DNA of 64,000 nucleotides from Ignavibacteriota bacterium (GCA_963727845.1 CAVSHI010000006.1:3935-67934), one strand, 5' to 3'; positions 29,153 through 39,580 are shown, counted from the first letter of the stretch. Made by a program: numbers and translations. The notes: generated by a model not told the origin, from the letters alone.

Positions 29153-32100
29153 ATGATCAACAGCAAAATACAAATAGTTGCAGCCGCACTTGCCATAGCG
29201 CTCCTGTCGACGCCGGCGTGGACTCAGCAGGGCCAGAGTGGCGCCTCCTATCGAAAAATCAATATTCATAATGCCAACCAGGTCCGAACCGTTTTCGGAA
29301 ACTGGGGTGTTATTGGTCAGCCCTGTAGCGGTGGACCGCGCGGCGCCTGGAGATATGATAATGACGGTTATCTCGGTGATGTGAGTCCGCTTGTAGGCGC
29401 CGAAATCACTTCACAGGGAACGACATTCCATTGTGTTGAGGGCTCTCCTGTCGACCGGCCCACGACGGCGACGGATACGGATCCGCGCACCGGTAAGTAC
29501 TGGACGTTCGAGCCGGTGAATGGTTACAATAATCCGAACGGACAGGTCCTTGCAATGAGCACCGACCCGACCTCCTGGCCGCCCTCTTGGCCCGATAAGG
29601 CCGCCGATCCCCTCGATCCAGGATGGCGAGGAGAGTGGAACGGCTACTTCGGAAAGAACGTCATGAACGCCGACCAGGAAAGCTATTTCGTGATGGACGA
29701 TAACAACAATGACCGTTTCAATTATAGCGTGAACAACTCGTTTAATGTCGCCTTTAAACCGGATTCAACTGACTCTACCAGGAATGGACTGGGGCTGGTC
29801 ATGAGCGTTCGCGGGCTCCAATGGGCGCAGTTCCTTGCAAAGGATAATATTTTCTGGCTGTACGAGATCGACAACACTGGAACGACAAATTACACGAAGG
29901 TCGTTTTCGGGCTGCTTGTGGGTACGTATGTCGGCGTCACGGGGTGCAACGACGCGCCGATGGAGTACGATAACGATTGGTCATTTTATGATGTTCAAAC
30001 CAACCTGACGTACACCGGGAATTATCCGCCCACGCAGATGAAAAATCCCCTCTGGATCGGCAACGTTGGGTTGGTCGGATATGCCTTTCTCGAGAGCCCC
30101 GGGAATCCCTACGACGGCATCGATAACGATGGAGATGCCGACTCAAGTATCACGGGCAAGGCAGCTCCACAATTTCAGGAAAGCGATTTCAGCGACTCAA
30201 CGTTGGTCGTACCGGGCACAAAGCTCATCCTCATCGATACGAACTATGTCCGGAGCATCTATACGGTGCCGAACGTGGATTCGGTTCTCGTCCACACGCG
30301 CGGATTCTCCATGATGCTTTACCCCCATGCCATTCCTTCTCAGTACATCAAACCGGAGGGGAACGTCCTGTACGACGCGGCCCACAATCCATACGTCAAT
30401 CCTAATGCGTATGATGGAGTCGACAACAATTTCAACGGACTCATCGATGAGAATTACTACCTGCATTATCATCAGATCAAGAAAGATCCCAAAACAGGTC
30501 ACGTCCTCATCGATATTCTGCGACCCCTTCGGCACATCAATTACCTTACGGGTGCCGGGAGCGATCCCTATAGTATGATCGACGAACGGCGGGATGACCT
30601 GATCGACAACAACCTCAACTGGAACATTAAGTTCGACGACGTCGGGATCGATGGTGTACCGAATACCGGGGACTACGGGGAAGGGGATGGTCTGCCCACG
30701 TCGGGATATGCACGGCCGCTGTTAAATGAACCGGGTGAGCCGCATGTCGACAAGACGGATGTGGATGAATCGGACCAGATCGGTCTGACGAGTTTCTATT
30801 ACTTTACTCCTGCCAACAATCTTTCCCTTGCCGACAAGGAAGGTCTGTGGAAAGATGTGGCTCCCGGTTATTTCGACGTTCCCACATCGATCGTGAACAA
30901 TAGGCCGCAGGGGGGCGAGGACGGAGACTTCATGTATTCTTCCGGCTATTTCCCGCTCCTGGCCGGCAAGACGGAGCGCTTTTCCCTCGCGCTTGTCTAT
31001 GGAGGACTCACCGATGACATCGATGCAAACCTTGCAGATCTGCTGAAGCACAAAATAACCGTCCAGAACATTTATAATGCAAACTATCAATTTCCGAAAC
31101 CCCCGGACAAGCCCACTGTGACGGCGGTCGCCGGTGACGGACAGGTAACGCTTTATTGGGACAGGAAAGCCGAGCAGACAATCGATGCCGTGCTTCATGT
31201 CAAAACGTTTGAAGGATACAAGATCTATCGCTCGACGGAATCGAACTTCGCCGACATCTTTACGATCACCGATGCGAGCGGGGATCCGGTGGGCTACAAG
31301 CCTCTGGCACAATTCGACCTGAAGGATGGGATCACCGGTTACTTCATCGCTCCGCCGGACCTCTTCCAGGATAACGCCGGGTATACGTACTATCTGGGGA
31401 ACGATACGGGCATTGTCCATACGTATGTCGACAAAACTGTTGAAAACGGTCTAAGATATTTCTACGCTGTGGTTGCATACTCCCGCGGCGACAACACGCT
31501 CGGAATTTTTCCGGCCGAGAATGACAAGTTCGTGAGCATAAACTCTTCCGGAGTGATCACTCATGGCATTAATGTGGCGGTGGTGACTCCCTCGGCCCCT
31601 GTCGCAGGGTATGTGCCCCCGACAACCGCCGTTCCGGTTACACATATAGCCCGCTACGGCACCGGCGAAGTCTATTACAACGTTGTGAATCCATCCACAA
31701 TCATGGGTCATACGTACAGAGTCGAATTTTTCGACACTGAAATTGACAGTGTTGATGCGGCCGGAAACCCGGTCGTGAACACGACCGATTCTACCACATG
31801 GACGCGCCTCACGACGCTGTATTCTGTGAGGGACCTTGCGACAATTTCGGAGAATTTCGTAAGCCTGGACACGGTACTGGTCTATCTCAGCAACCAGAAT
31901 CTGGTCGCCTCGACGGTTGTCGTGAGTGACAGCAGGGGCAACGTCGTGTCCCCTTCGAAATATCACCTCGATGTAACGCGGGGAACGATAAAATCTGCAA
32001 CTCCCGGGAGTCTCCCTGTGGGGAACTACCATGTGTCGTACCAGCATTATCCGGTCTACCGAAGTGCGAACATTCTCGGTTCACCTTTTGTGAACGAAGC

Positions 32101-32974
32101 CAAGGATGCGGATATTTTTGACGGTCTCAAGTTAGGCTTCAACAACGCCTGGAACATCACTGAGATTGATAGTTTGTCGCGTTGGATAGGGCTCAATCCG
32201 TATGTGTTCAGTTTCACTCCGTTGAATATTTCGAACCCCTCGATGCTTGGATACCGGCGGCCGGCGGACTACGAATTTCGGTTCTCCGACCATATTGTAG
32301 ACACATCTGTGGCGAGTACGGCCCTTTTTCTTGGCGCCACTCCGACCAATTTCAGGGTTTATAACTTGACGGAAAGCACCTATGTGAAGTTCTATTTATC
32401 CCAAACTCGTTTCTTCAATAACCAGCTATCCCCCGGGGATGATGTTGTTTTCCTCGAAAAGAGTCCAAGGGGTGACTACGTTCCGACATGGGATGTCCCT
32501 TTTGACAGAAAAGCCAGTGACAAGAACGACTCCGTATACAATTTAACGGTGGGCGATACGCTTCGAATCAGAACAACCAAGCCGTTCCATTACGGCGACA
32601 TCATGGAGTTTACACCGATTTTGCAACGGGTCAGTCAGGATACGGCCAAGAATACTCTTTCCCGCATCAAAGTCGTTCCCAACCCGTACGTGACTGCTTC
32701 CTCCCATGAACTGCCGTTGCCGCCGGGAATTACGAGCGGCCGCGGGGATCGGAGGGTCGAATTTATCCACGTCCCGGCCAGCGCAAAAATACAGATATTT
32801 ACATCCCGGGGAATCCTCGTGCGTACGCTGTACCAGGATGGGAATATTGAAGACGGAACGGTCGTATGGAATCTCAAGACGGATGAGAACCTGGATATCG
32901 CGTTCGGTGTATATTTTTATGTTGTGCAATCCAGCGTGGGATCCAAGACCGGGAAAATCGCGATCATCAAATGA
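29153..32974 (+). CDS. large secreted surface protein (1273 aa) with Ca-binding DxDxDG-type repeats, an Fn3-like domain and a T9SS C-terminal sorting domain
   Basis: It has a signal peptide. The repeats are GIDNDGDAD, DGVDNNFNGLIDEN and DVGIDGVPNTGDYGEGDG. The Fn3-like segment is KPTVTAVAGDGQVTLYWD...GYKIYRST. The C-terminal 100 aa match the T9SS sorting-domain pattern (VVPNPYV...GVYFYVVQ...KIAIIK). Confidence 0.65.
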   Translation: MINSKIQIVAAALAIALLSTPAWTQQGQSGASYRKINIHNANQVRTVFGNWGVIGQPCSGGPRGAWRYDNDGYLGDVSPLVGAEITSQGTTFHCVEGSPVDRPTTATDTDPRTGKYWTFEPVNGYNNPNGQVLAMSTDPTSWPPSWPDKAADPLDPGWRGEWNGYFGKNVMNADQESYFVMDDNNNDRFNYSVNNSFNVAFKPDSTDSTRNGLGLVMSVRGLQWAQFLAKDNIFWLYEIDNTGTTNYTKVVFGLLVGTYVGVTGCNDAPMEYDNDWSFYDVQTNLTYTGNYPPTQMKNPLWIGNVGLVGYAFLESPGNPYDGIDNDGDADSSITGKAAPQFQESDFSDSTLVVPGTKLILIDTNYVRSIYTVPNVDSVLVHTRGFSMMLYPHAIPSQYIKPEGNVLYDAAHNPYVNPNAYDGVDNNFNGLIDENYYLHYHQIKKDPKTGHVLIDILRPLRHINYLTGAGSDPYSMIDERRDDLIDNNLNWNIKFDDVGIDGVPNTGDYGEGDGLPTSGYARPLLNEPGEPHVDKTDVDESDQIGLTSFYYFTPANNLSLADKEGLWKDVAPGYFDVPTSIVNNRPQGGEDGDFMYSSGYFPLLAGKTERFSLALVYGGLTDDIDANLADLLKHKITVQNIYNANYQFPKPPDKPTVTAVAGDGQVTLYWDRKAEQTIDAVLHVKTFEGYKIYRSTESNFADIFTITDASGDPVGYKPLAQFDLKDGITGYFIAPPDLFQDNAGYTYYLGNDTGIVHTYVDKTVENGLRYFYAVVAYSRGDNTLGIFPAENDKFVSINSSGVITHGINVAVVTPSAPVAGYVPPTTAVPVTHIARYGTGEVYYNVVNPSTIMGHTYRVEFFDTEIDSVDAAGNPVVNTTDSTTWTRLTTLYSVRDLATISENFVSLDTVLVYLSNQNLVASTVVVSDSRGNVVSPSKYHLDVTRGTIKSATPGSLPVGNYHVSYQHYPVYRSANILGSPFVNEAKDADIFDGLKLGFNNAWNITEIDSLSRWIGLNPYVFSFTPLNISNPSMLGYRRPADYEFRFSDHIVDTSVASTALFLGATPTNFRVYNLTESTYVKFYLSQTRFFNNQLSPGDDVVFLEKSPRGDYVPTWDVPFDRKASDKNDSVYNLTVGDTLRIRTTKPFHYGDIMEFTPILQRVSQDTAKNTLSRIKVVPNPYVTASSHELPLPPGITSGRGDRRVEFIHVPASAKIQIFTSRGILVRTLYQDGNIEDGTVVWNLKTDENLDIAFGVYFYVVQSSVGSKTGKIAIIK

Positions 32975-32981
32975 TGCCGCT

Positions 32982-34016
32982 ATGAATTCGTTCAGACGAG
33001 AAATTGTGCGCATTGCGTTGTTTGCCATGACCCTCTGGATCATTCTGGCAGGAGCGGCGTCCGGCCAATCAAAAGTTGGTACGACGGCGGCACAATTTCT
33101 GGGGATTGCCGTCGGCCCGCGCGCGATAGCCATGGGCGGCGCGAGCGTGGCTTCGGCGGAGGACGTGTCTTCGCTGTACTGGAATCCGGGAGCATTCGCG
33201 CAGGCGGGGAGATCCGAGGTGATGTTCACGAACTGTGAATGGTTGGCAGGCACAAAATTCCGATGGCTGGGATTGATGTACAACCTTGACGGGACCAACG
33301 CAGTGGGGGTGAGTCTCACGCAGCTCGATTACGGCGACGATGAGGTAACGACGACGACGAGCCCGGAAGGAACAGGACTGCGCTGGTCTGCAGAGGATGT
33401 CGCCATAGCCCTTTCCTACTCCCGCCGATTGACGGATATGTTCTCGCTGGGGGGCACAGTCAAGTATGTCGACCAGTCAATCTATAACGAATCGGCGAGC
33501 AGCTTCACATTCGATTTGGGACTTCTGTACGTTACGGACTTCAACGGGTTGCGCCTGGGAATGTCGATGTCGAATTTTGGCGGCGATCTCACGTTGGACG
33601 GTCAGGATTTGTACCAGCCCGTGGACATTGACCCTAACGATCCCGGTGGGAATAAGACCCTCGTCGCCAAGCTGAAAACTGATGCGTTTCCACTGCCGCT
33701 TCTCTTCCGCGTCGGAGTTGCAATGGACGTTGTGAAAACCTCCGATGTAAGGATGACCTTGGCCGCCGACGCGGAACACCCGATTGATGATGTTGAATCG
33801 GTCAATCTGGGCGGCGAGATTGGATGGCATGACATGCTGTTCCTGCGTGGCGGGTATATGTCGCTTTTTGACGTGAATTCACAAGAAGGTCTTACGCTGG
33901 GAGCCGGTGTGAAGTATTCGATGGAGGGCGGCGGTTCGCTTGAAGTGAACTACGCATTCAACAAATTCGGGGTTTTCGATAATCTCAATACGATCGGGCT
34001 TGCAATTGGTTTTTGA
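32982..34016 (+). CDS. PorV/PorQ-family outer-membrane beta-barrel protein (T9SS-associated, FadL-like)
   Basis: It has a signal peptide. The family signature is TTAAQFLGIAVGPRAIAMGGASVASAEDVSSLYWNPGAF. ATG 32982 lies 8 nt past the upstream stop. The upstream 92 codons of ORF 32706-34016 overlap the previous gene and are not coding. Confidence 0.65.
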   Translation: MNSFRREIVRIALFAMTLWIILAGAASGQSKVGTTAAQFLGIAVGPRAIAMGGASVASAEDVSSLYWNPGAFAQAGRSEVMFTNCEWLAGTKFRWLGLMYNLDGTNAVGVSLTQLDYGDDEVTTTTSPEGTGLRWSAEDVAIALSYSRRLTDMFSLGGTVKYVDQSIYNESASSFTFDLGLLYVTDFNGLRLGMSMSNFGGDLTLDGQDLYQPVDIDPNDPGGNKTLVAKLKTDAFPLPLLFRVGVAMDVVKTSDVRMTLAADAEHPIDDVESVNLGGEIGWHDMLFLRGGYMSLFDVNSQEGLTLGAGVKYSMEGGGSLEVNYAFNKFGVFDNLNTIGLAIGF

Positions 34017-34138
34017 TTCGGGGAATTGATATATTGATAGATTACGGGTGCCGCAGAGAGATGAGGTGCTTTCAAGCTTGGATTCGCTGTTTTCCTAATT
34101 TCTTAACTCACAAAACACAACTCATTCAAGGAGATATC

Positions 34139-36166
34139 ATGAAAAGATTGCTTCCATTGCTGCTGGTGGTCTTGGCCGCAGGCCTGGTACCGCTATCAGT
34201 TGCGTTTGCACAAACGACGAGCGTGACATTCATGCTGAATACGTCGACAGTGCCGGACACGTTGACTCCGATCTCGAGTATCGTCGTTATTGGTGCCGGG
34301 GATTCCCTCACCAACTGGTCGACGGGTAGACCATTGACCAATCTCGGCGGCGACTATTGGTCGGGAACGGTTAAAATCCCAACAGGGGATACTCTTCAAT
34401 ACAAGTTCCGGGTCGGCAGCGGCGGCTGGGAAGAAAATATCAACGGACCTTTTAGCGATCATACGACACGCAACATCATTGTCGGGGCAACCGATACTGT
34501 TTTGCCTGTGGCGTACTGGAACAATGGGCATTTTGCCAGTGGTAAGAACCCTGGGGAGTACGATGCACCGTGGCCTGTTGCCGCTGATACCTTCTTCAAC
34601 GTGTATTTTCGTGTGGATATGCAGGGTGTTTCTGACGCAGGCTCGTTTGGTTTCGACAAGACCAAGGATACCGTGGCGGTCCGCGGTGGTGGGAATTCCG
34701 ACCTCACGTGGGGTGCCAACCTCTGGTTGAAGCAAGAATCTTCACCCACCAGCAACGCTGGCGCGTTCGCTGTCGATCCTACGAATTTTTGGTCGGGTCG
34801 CGCGAGGATATCCAAGAACCAGGCACATCCCGGAGATACGATCCAATACAAATTTCTCATCGGCTACACTTGGGGCCACGATGAACAATTAGCATCAAAC
34901 CGCTTCTTCGTGGTTCCCACGAACTACAAGGACACAACTCTGTACTACGCTTACTATAACAACCAGAGACCTATCGTTCGTTCAAATGCGGATACGGTGG
35001 TTGTTACATACCTTGTCGACATGGCAAGTGCCATCCAGAACCGAGGCTTTGCGATCGGGGATACCCTTCAGATAACATCGGGCTACTTCGTCACTGCTCA
35101 GGCCCAGACTACAAGCACTCTGAATCGTATTGGCCTTTCAACTAAGTACACGGCAAAGGACACTGTTATCACTTCGCTGTCGAAAACGTTTGACTACCAG
35201 TTCTACATAGTGAAGAATGGCACGTCGTACCGAGAGGTCTATTATAATTTCAATTATGCGGGCGGCACTGCCAGTGAAGCGGAACGTCGCCAGGTCGTCA
35301 TTTCATCGAAGACCCAGACAATTGCTGACACCGTGAGTAGCATCTCAAGCTCGCGTCGTCAACCCTCGTTCCAGAACCAAACACTTGTCGCCCAAAATCT
35401 GACGGTGAAGTTTACTGTCGACATCCGACCTGCGATTTACGCAGTGAAAGCAGGCAAGACATTGGTCGACGGGCAGGGGCCATGGACAGTTGTATATGCT
35501 GACAGCATCTTTAAGTGGGGTGTCGCAATCAACGGACCGGCCACGGATACCACCAATGGGTGGGCATCATGGGGCGCTTCCCTCATTAACGACACTACGC
35601 ATCGGATGTACGATGACGGCACACACGGCGATGCAGTGGCTCATGATTCGATCTTCACGCGCATTTACACATACAGAGCCGGTAAGGATATCGTTGGTCA
35701 GGAATTCAAATTTGGTATCGGCGGTGGCGACAACGAAGGCGGGTACGGGAATAACCACATCCAAAATCTCGATGACAGCCAGCCCACCTCCACACTTGCA
35801 TCGCAGTTCGGCAGCATCGACCCGATTTTCTATTCGGCCTGGAATTACGACTGCGGTTGTCCGGCAAGTCCCAATGCTGTGGATGTACCGAAAATCAAAC
35901 CGGTGACATTTGCCTTGCACCAGAATTATCCGAATCCATTCAACCCGTCGACGAAGATTGAATACACTATCCCGAACGATGCGGTTGTGATGCTGAAGGT
36001 GTACAATATTCTGGGTCAGGAAATCGCAACGGTTGTGAATGAGAAACAATTCGCCGGCGCCCACTCGGCCGTCTTTGACGCGTCGAAGCTGAACAGCGGC
36101 GTCTACTTCTACAGGATCACTGCTGGTACATACTCAAGTACCAAGAAGATGTTGCTCATTAAGTAA
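34139..36166 (+). CDS. secreted protein with several CBM-like beta-sandwich repeats and a T9SS C-terminal sorting domain; candidate surface alpha-glucan-binding protein
   Basis: ATG 34139 starts a signal peptide (MKRLLPLLLVVLAAGLVPLSVAFAQ). Three or four CBM-like modules with W/Y-rich sites repeat along it (GGDYWSGTVKIPTGDTLQYKF; TIQYKFLIGYTW; DYQFYIVKNGTSY). The T9SS C-terminal domain is LHQNYPNPFNPSTKIEY...GVYFYRI...KKMLLIK. Confidence 0.65.
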   Translation: MKRLLPLLLVVLAAGLVPLSVAFAQTTSVTFMLNTSTVPDTLTPISSIVVIGAGDSLTNWSTGRPLTNLGGDYWSGTVKIPTGDTLQYKFRVGSGGWEENINGPFSDHTTRNIIVGATDTVLPVAYWNNGHFASGKNPGEYDAPWPVAADTFFNVYFRVDMQGVSDAGSFGFDKTKDTVAVRGGGNSDLTWGANLWLKQESSPTSNAGAFAVDPTNFWSGRARISKNQAHPGDTIQYKFLIGYTWGHDEQLASNRFFVVPTNYKDTTLYYAYYNNQRPIVRSNADTVVVTYLVDMASAIQNRGFAIGDTLQITSGYFVTAQAQTTSTLNRIGLSTKYTAKDTVITSLSKTFDYQFYIVKNGTSYREVYYNFNYAGGTASEAERRQVVISSKTQTIADTVSSISSSRRQPSFQNQTLVAQNLTVKFTVDIRPAIYAVKAGKTLVDGQGPWTVVYADSIFKWGVAINGPATDTTNGWASWGASLINDTTHRMYDDGTHGDAVAHDSIFTRIYTYRAGKDIVGQEFKFGIGGGDNEGGYGNNHIQNLDDSQPTSTLASQFGSIDPIFYSAWNYDCGCPASPNAVDVPKIKPVTFALHQNYPNPFNPSTKIEYTIPNDAVVMLKVYNILGQEIATVVNEKQFAGAHSAVFDASKLNSGVYFYRITAGTYSSTKKMLLIK

Positions 36167-36184
36167 CATGTAGTTTACCAATGA

Positions 36185-36224
36185 AAGCAAGGCGGGAATC
36201 GTTTCTCGCCTTGCTTTTTTATTC
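36185..36224 (+). terminator. rho-independent terminator (10-bp stem AAGCAAGGCG/CGCCTTGCTT followed by TTTTTT)
   Basis: A perfect inverted repeat and a T-run lie 19 nt after the stop at 36166. Confidence 0.7.
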
Positions 36225-36273
36225 TCCGAGGCCTAACCGGCCATGAGAGAATTTGCCGGGATTCTTTGAGTAC

Positions 36274-38089
36274 ATGATGGTACTGGTTCTCATTATCTGG
36301 TCCATGTTCGCATCCTTGCCCTTCCCGGGGCGGGAGAAATCCGATGATGTTCTCGCGCGGGCGGGCAATGTCTTTATCGGCAAGCAGGAATTTCTCGAGC
36401 GATATGAATTGTTGCCGGGACTCTACCGCCATCGCAAGCCTCAACTGGAGGGTTCGAAACTTGAATTGTTGTATTCCATGATCGCCGAGAAATTGCTCAG
36501 CCGGGAGGCGCAGGCTCGGGCATTGGATCGCGATTCGATGTACATATTTGCAATGGATGCTGTGCGGAAAGCTCTCGGCAGAGACGAACTCTACCGGGAA
36601 GAAATCGCGCAAAAAGTCCACGTTTCCGAACGTGAAATCTCACGCGGCATCGCCAAAGCTCAGCGGCAACTACTCGTCGCCTACTTGTACTCGGAACGCA
36701 GAAGCGATGCCGATTTCCTGCGCATGCAAATGCGCAACGGGGATGACTTTGACAGGTCGGTGGTGGATTCGTCTGCCGGGGTTACGCGGGACACGGCAAC
36801 CGTCATCTGGGGTGATGCAGAGCCCGCCGTAGAAGACGCGGCTTATGGACTGCGCCGGGGCGGGGTATCGCCGGTTATCCAGGCGGGGGACGGATACTAT
36901 ATCCTGAAAGTTGAAGGTGCGAAGCGCAGTGATTATTTTTGCTCACTGCCACCCGACGCGCTGCACGATCGTGTTGAGTCGATTCTTAGGACGAGGAAGG
37001 AAAAAGCCCGGTTGAATGAATTTCTCGAAAAGGCTCTCAAGAATAAGACCGGCTATGCTTTGCCTCGAACGTTTCTCGTCCTCGGGAGGGCGATTGATGA
37101 AGTTTACCGGGGAAGGAAAACGCAGGCGAAGCTTTCAATGGACCGGTCAATGTATGAAGAAATCAGAAACAGATGCGCCGCTTCACTTCTCGACACTCTT
37201 GCGATAGCGGGCCGAATTCCCTGGACCGTCAATGATGTTCTTGCCCGCCTCTACGAATCCGGATTTGAAATTGACAGCGGGGATATGAAGCATCTCCCGG
37301 CACGCTTAAATACTCAACTGAAGGTTTGGGTTCAGCAAGAAGTGCTGGCCCAGGAAGCCCTGCGGCGGTCACTGGATAAGAAACCCGGGTTGCGGAAACA
37401 ACTTGAGATGTGGTCGCATTATTATCTTGCAGGACTCATGAAAGATTACCTCAATGAGCATGTCGCAGTTTCCGACTCGGAAGCATGGTCGTTTCTTCAA
37501 TCAAAGGAGAAGAAAGACATAATCCCGCAAGTGAGGATTCGGGAACTTCGGACCGCCACAGCGGATGAAATGAAAGAGGCTGTGTCCGACCTTCAGAATG
37601 GGATGTCGTTTGAGAATGCGGTGGAGAAGTATTCAAACGACCTCAAAGCGAAATTGTCCAAGGGCGTTTCGGACTTCTTCCCGGTCACGGAACATCCCCC
37701 GATAGGTGAGATTGCTTCGCAAATGGAAATCGGCCAGCGGTATGGTCCTGATTATCGTCAAAGGGGGGATCGATTTCTTCGAATTACTGGACAGGAAGAT
37801 ACCGGCGATCATTGACACGCTGCCTCTGGCGAAGAGGAAACAGGCCGCCGGCAATGAATTGCTGGCAATGAAACGGAAGAGAACTCTCACATTGTTTCTT
37901 GCTCAGGTTGCAAAGGAGCGGGGATACGAAATCGACCAGGACAAATTGCAGGCAACAGAGGTCACCACGATACCAATGATGACGTACAGGATCCTCGGGT
38001 TCGGCGGTCGAATGTGGGCAGTTCCGTTTGTCGATAAACAACTGGACTGGATAAATGTTGAACCTCCGTCCACACCGATCATACCATAA
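36274..38089 (+). CDS. SurA-like periplasmic chaperone / PpiC-type peptidyl-prolyl isomerase; apparent +1 frameshift near 37706-37745 (ORFs 36253-37815 and 37706-38089)
   Basis: The N-terminus is hydrophobic. The PpiC-like domain is split across frames: frame A ends ...MSFENAVEKYSNDLKAKLSKGVSDFFPVTEHPPIGEIASQMEIGQ, and frame B continues SGMVLIIVKGGIDFFELL, which is GYHIIKV-like. Confidence 0.5.
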
Positions 38090-38101
38090 GGAACCGGTCC
38101 C

Positions 38102-39580
38102 ATGCGCAGAATCGTGAGCAAAACGCTGCTTGTGCTGAGTGTATGTTGGTGGACACATGCTTTCGGGCAATCCGCCGATAGCACAGTACACGTTCCTGCC
38201 TGGGTGAAGGATGCTGTTTTCTATCAGATATTCCCCGAACGATTTGCGAATGGGGATACAACCAACGACCCGCCGGACGTCCAGCCATGGGGTGGAGCTC
38301 CAACGTCAACAAATTATTTCGGCGGCGACCTCAAGGGAATTATCGACCATCTTGACTATCTCCGGCGGCTCGGTGTCAATGCGCTCTATCTGAACCCTAT
38401 CTTTGAATCGCCCTCGAATCATAAGTACCATACCTCCGACTACATGAAGGTCGATCACAATTTTGGCGATGAAAAGACGTTCAAGAAGCTCCTTGACGAG
38501 TGTCATGCGCGCGGGATGCATGTCGTCATCGATGCGGTGTTCAATCATACCGGCGTCCATTTCTGGGCGTTTGAAGATGTCAAGAAGAACGAGGCAAAAT
38601 CGAAGTATCTTCATTGGTATAATATCCATGGCTTTCCGGTCGGGCCGCCGGATAAACCGAATTATGAGGCCTGGTGGGGAATGGGAGATCTGCCAAAGCT
38701 CATGACCGACTCGCCGGAGGTCCGCCAATATCTGTTTGATGCAACATCGCATTGGATGAAACTCGGCCTCGATGGCTGGCGGCTGGACGTGCCCAACGAG
38801 ATGTCGCATAATTTCTGGATTGAATGGAGAAAACTGGTCAAGGCCGAAAATCCCGATGCCTATATTGTTGGAGAGATTTGGGATGACGCCACGCCGTGGC
38901 TCAAGGGCGACCAGTTTGATGCCGTCATGAACTACCGGTTCCGGGGAGCCTGTGTGGGTTTCATCGCACTTGAGAATTTGAACGCGTTCCAGTTCGATTC
39001 CATTCTGCAGGTGCAGCGTTCTCAGTATCCGCCGGAAGTGAACTTCGTTCTTCAGAACCTCATCGGCAGTCATGACACCGAACGGTTCCTCACCCTCTGC
39101 AAGGGGGATATCAATAAGCTCAAGCTCGCCGTGCTGATGCAGATGACATACGTCGGCGCTCCGATGGTGTACTATGGCGACGAAATTGGGATGGTGGGCG
39201 GGAAAGACCCCGATTGCCGCCATACAATGATCTGGGATTCAACGAAGTGGAAGGGAAACCTGCTGGCATGGTATCGAACCATGTGCAGGTTGCGGGATGA
39301 ACATCCCGTCTTCAGACGGGGAACGTTCAAAACTATTCTGGTCGATACGACAAATAAACTCTTTGGCTTTGTCCGCGAGGACGGGAGTTCGAAGGCAATA
39401 GTGATTCTCAATAACAGCATTACTGCACATTCGGTCACCGTTCCGCTGGAACCGGGAAGGAAATGGTATGATGCTATGGATCAAAAGAAAATGACGTTAG
39501 GCAGGGAAACGTCGGGTGCCATGAGTGTCCCGGCCCGTTCCGGGCGTGTGATTATTTCCGACGAAAGCGGGGAAAAATGA
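38102..39580 (+). CDS. GH13 alpha-amylase-family enzyme (neopullulanase/cyclomaltodextrinase-like), secreted
   Basis: It has a signal peptide. GH13 motifs are present: VFYQIFPERFANGD; GGDLKGIIDHLDYLRRLGVNALYLNPIF; region I DAVFNHTG; region II GWRLDVPNE; region III EIWDD. Confidence 0.85.
   Translation: MRRIVSKTLLVLSVCWWTHAFGQSADSTVHVPAWVKDAVFYQIFPERFANGDTTNDPPDVQPWGGAPTSTNYFGGDLKGIIDHLDYLRRLGVNALYLNPIFESPSNHKYHTSDYMKVDHNFGDEKTFKKLLDECHARGMHVVIDAVFNHTGVHFWAFEDVKKNEAKSKYLHWYNIHGFPVGPPDKPNYEAWWGMGDLPKLMTDSPEVRQYLFDATSHWMKLGLDGWRLDVPNEMSHNFWIEWRKLVKAENPDAYIVGEIWDDATPWLKGDQFDAVMNYRFRGACVGFIALENLNAFQFDSILQVQRSQYPPEVNFVLQNLIGSHDTERFLTLCKGDINKLKLAVLMQMTYVGAPMVYYGDEIGMVGGKDPDCRHTMIWDSTKWKGNLLAWYRTMCRLRDEHPVFRRGTFKTILVDTTNKLFGFVREDGSSKAIVILNNSITAHSVTVPLEPGRKWYDAMDQKKMTLGRETSGAMSVPARSGRVIISDESGEK

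Noticed and set aside
32706-32981. N-terminal 92 codons of ORF 32706-34016, and similarly the first 42 codons of ORF 34013-36166 and the first 33 of ORF 25996-23798
   Set aside because: They overlap the preceding gene or have no signal peptide. Internal ATGs (32982, 34139, 25897) give proper signal peptides and tight intergenic spacing.
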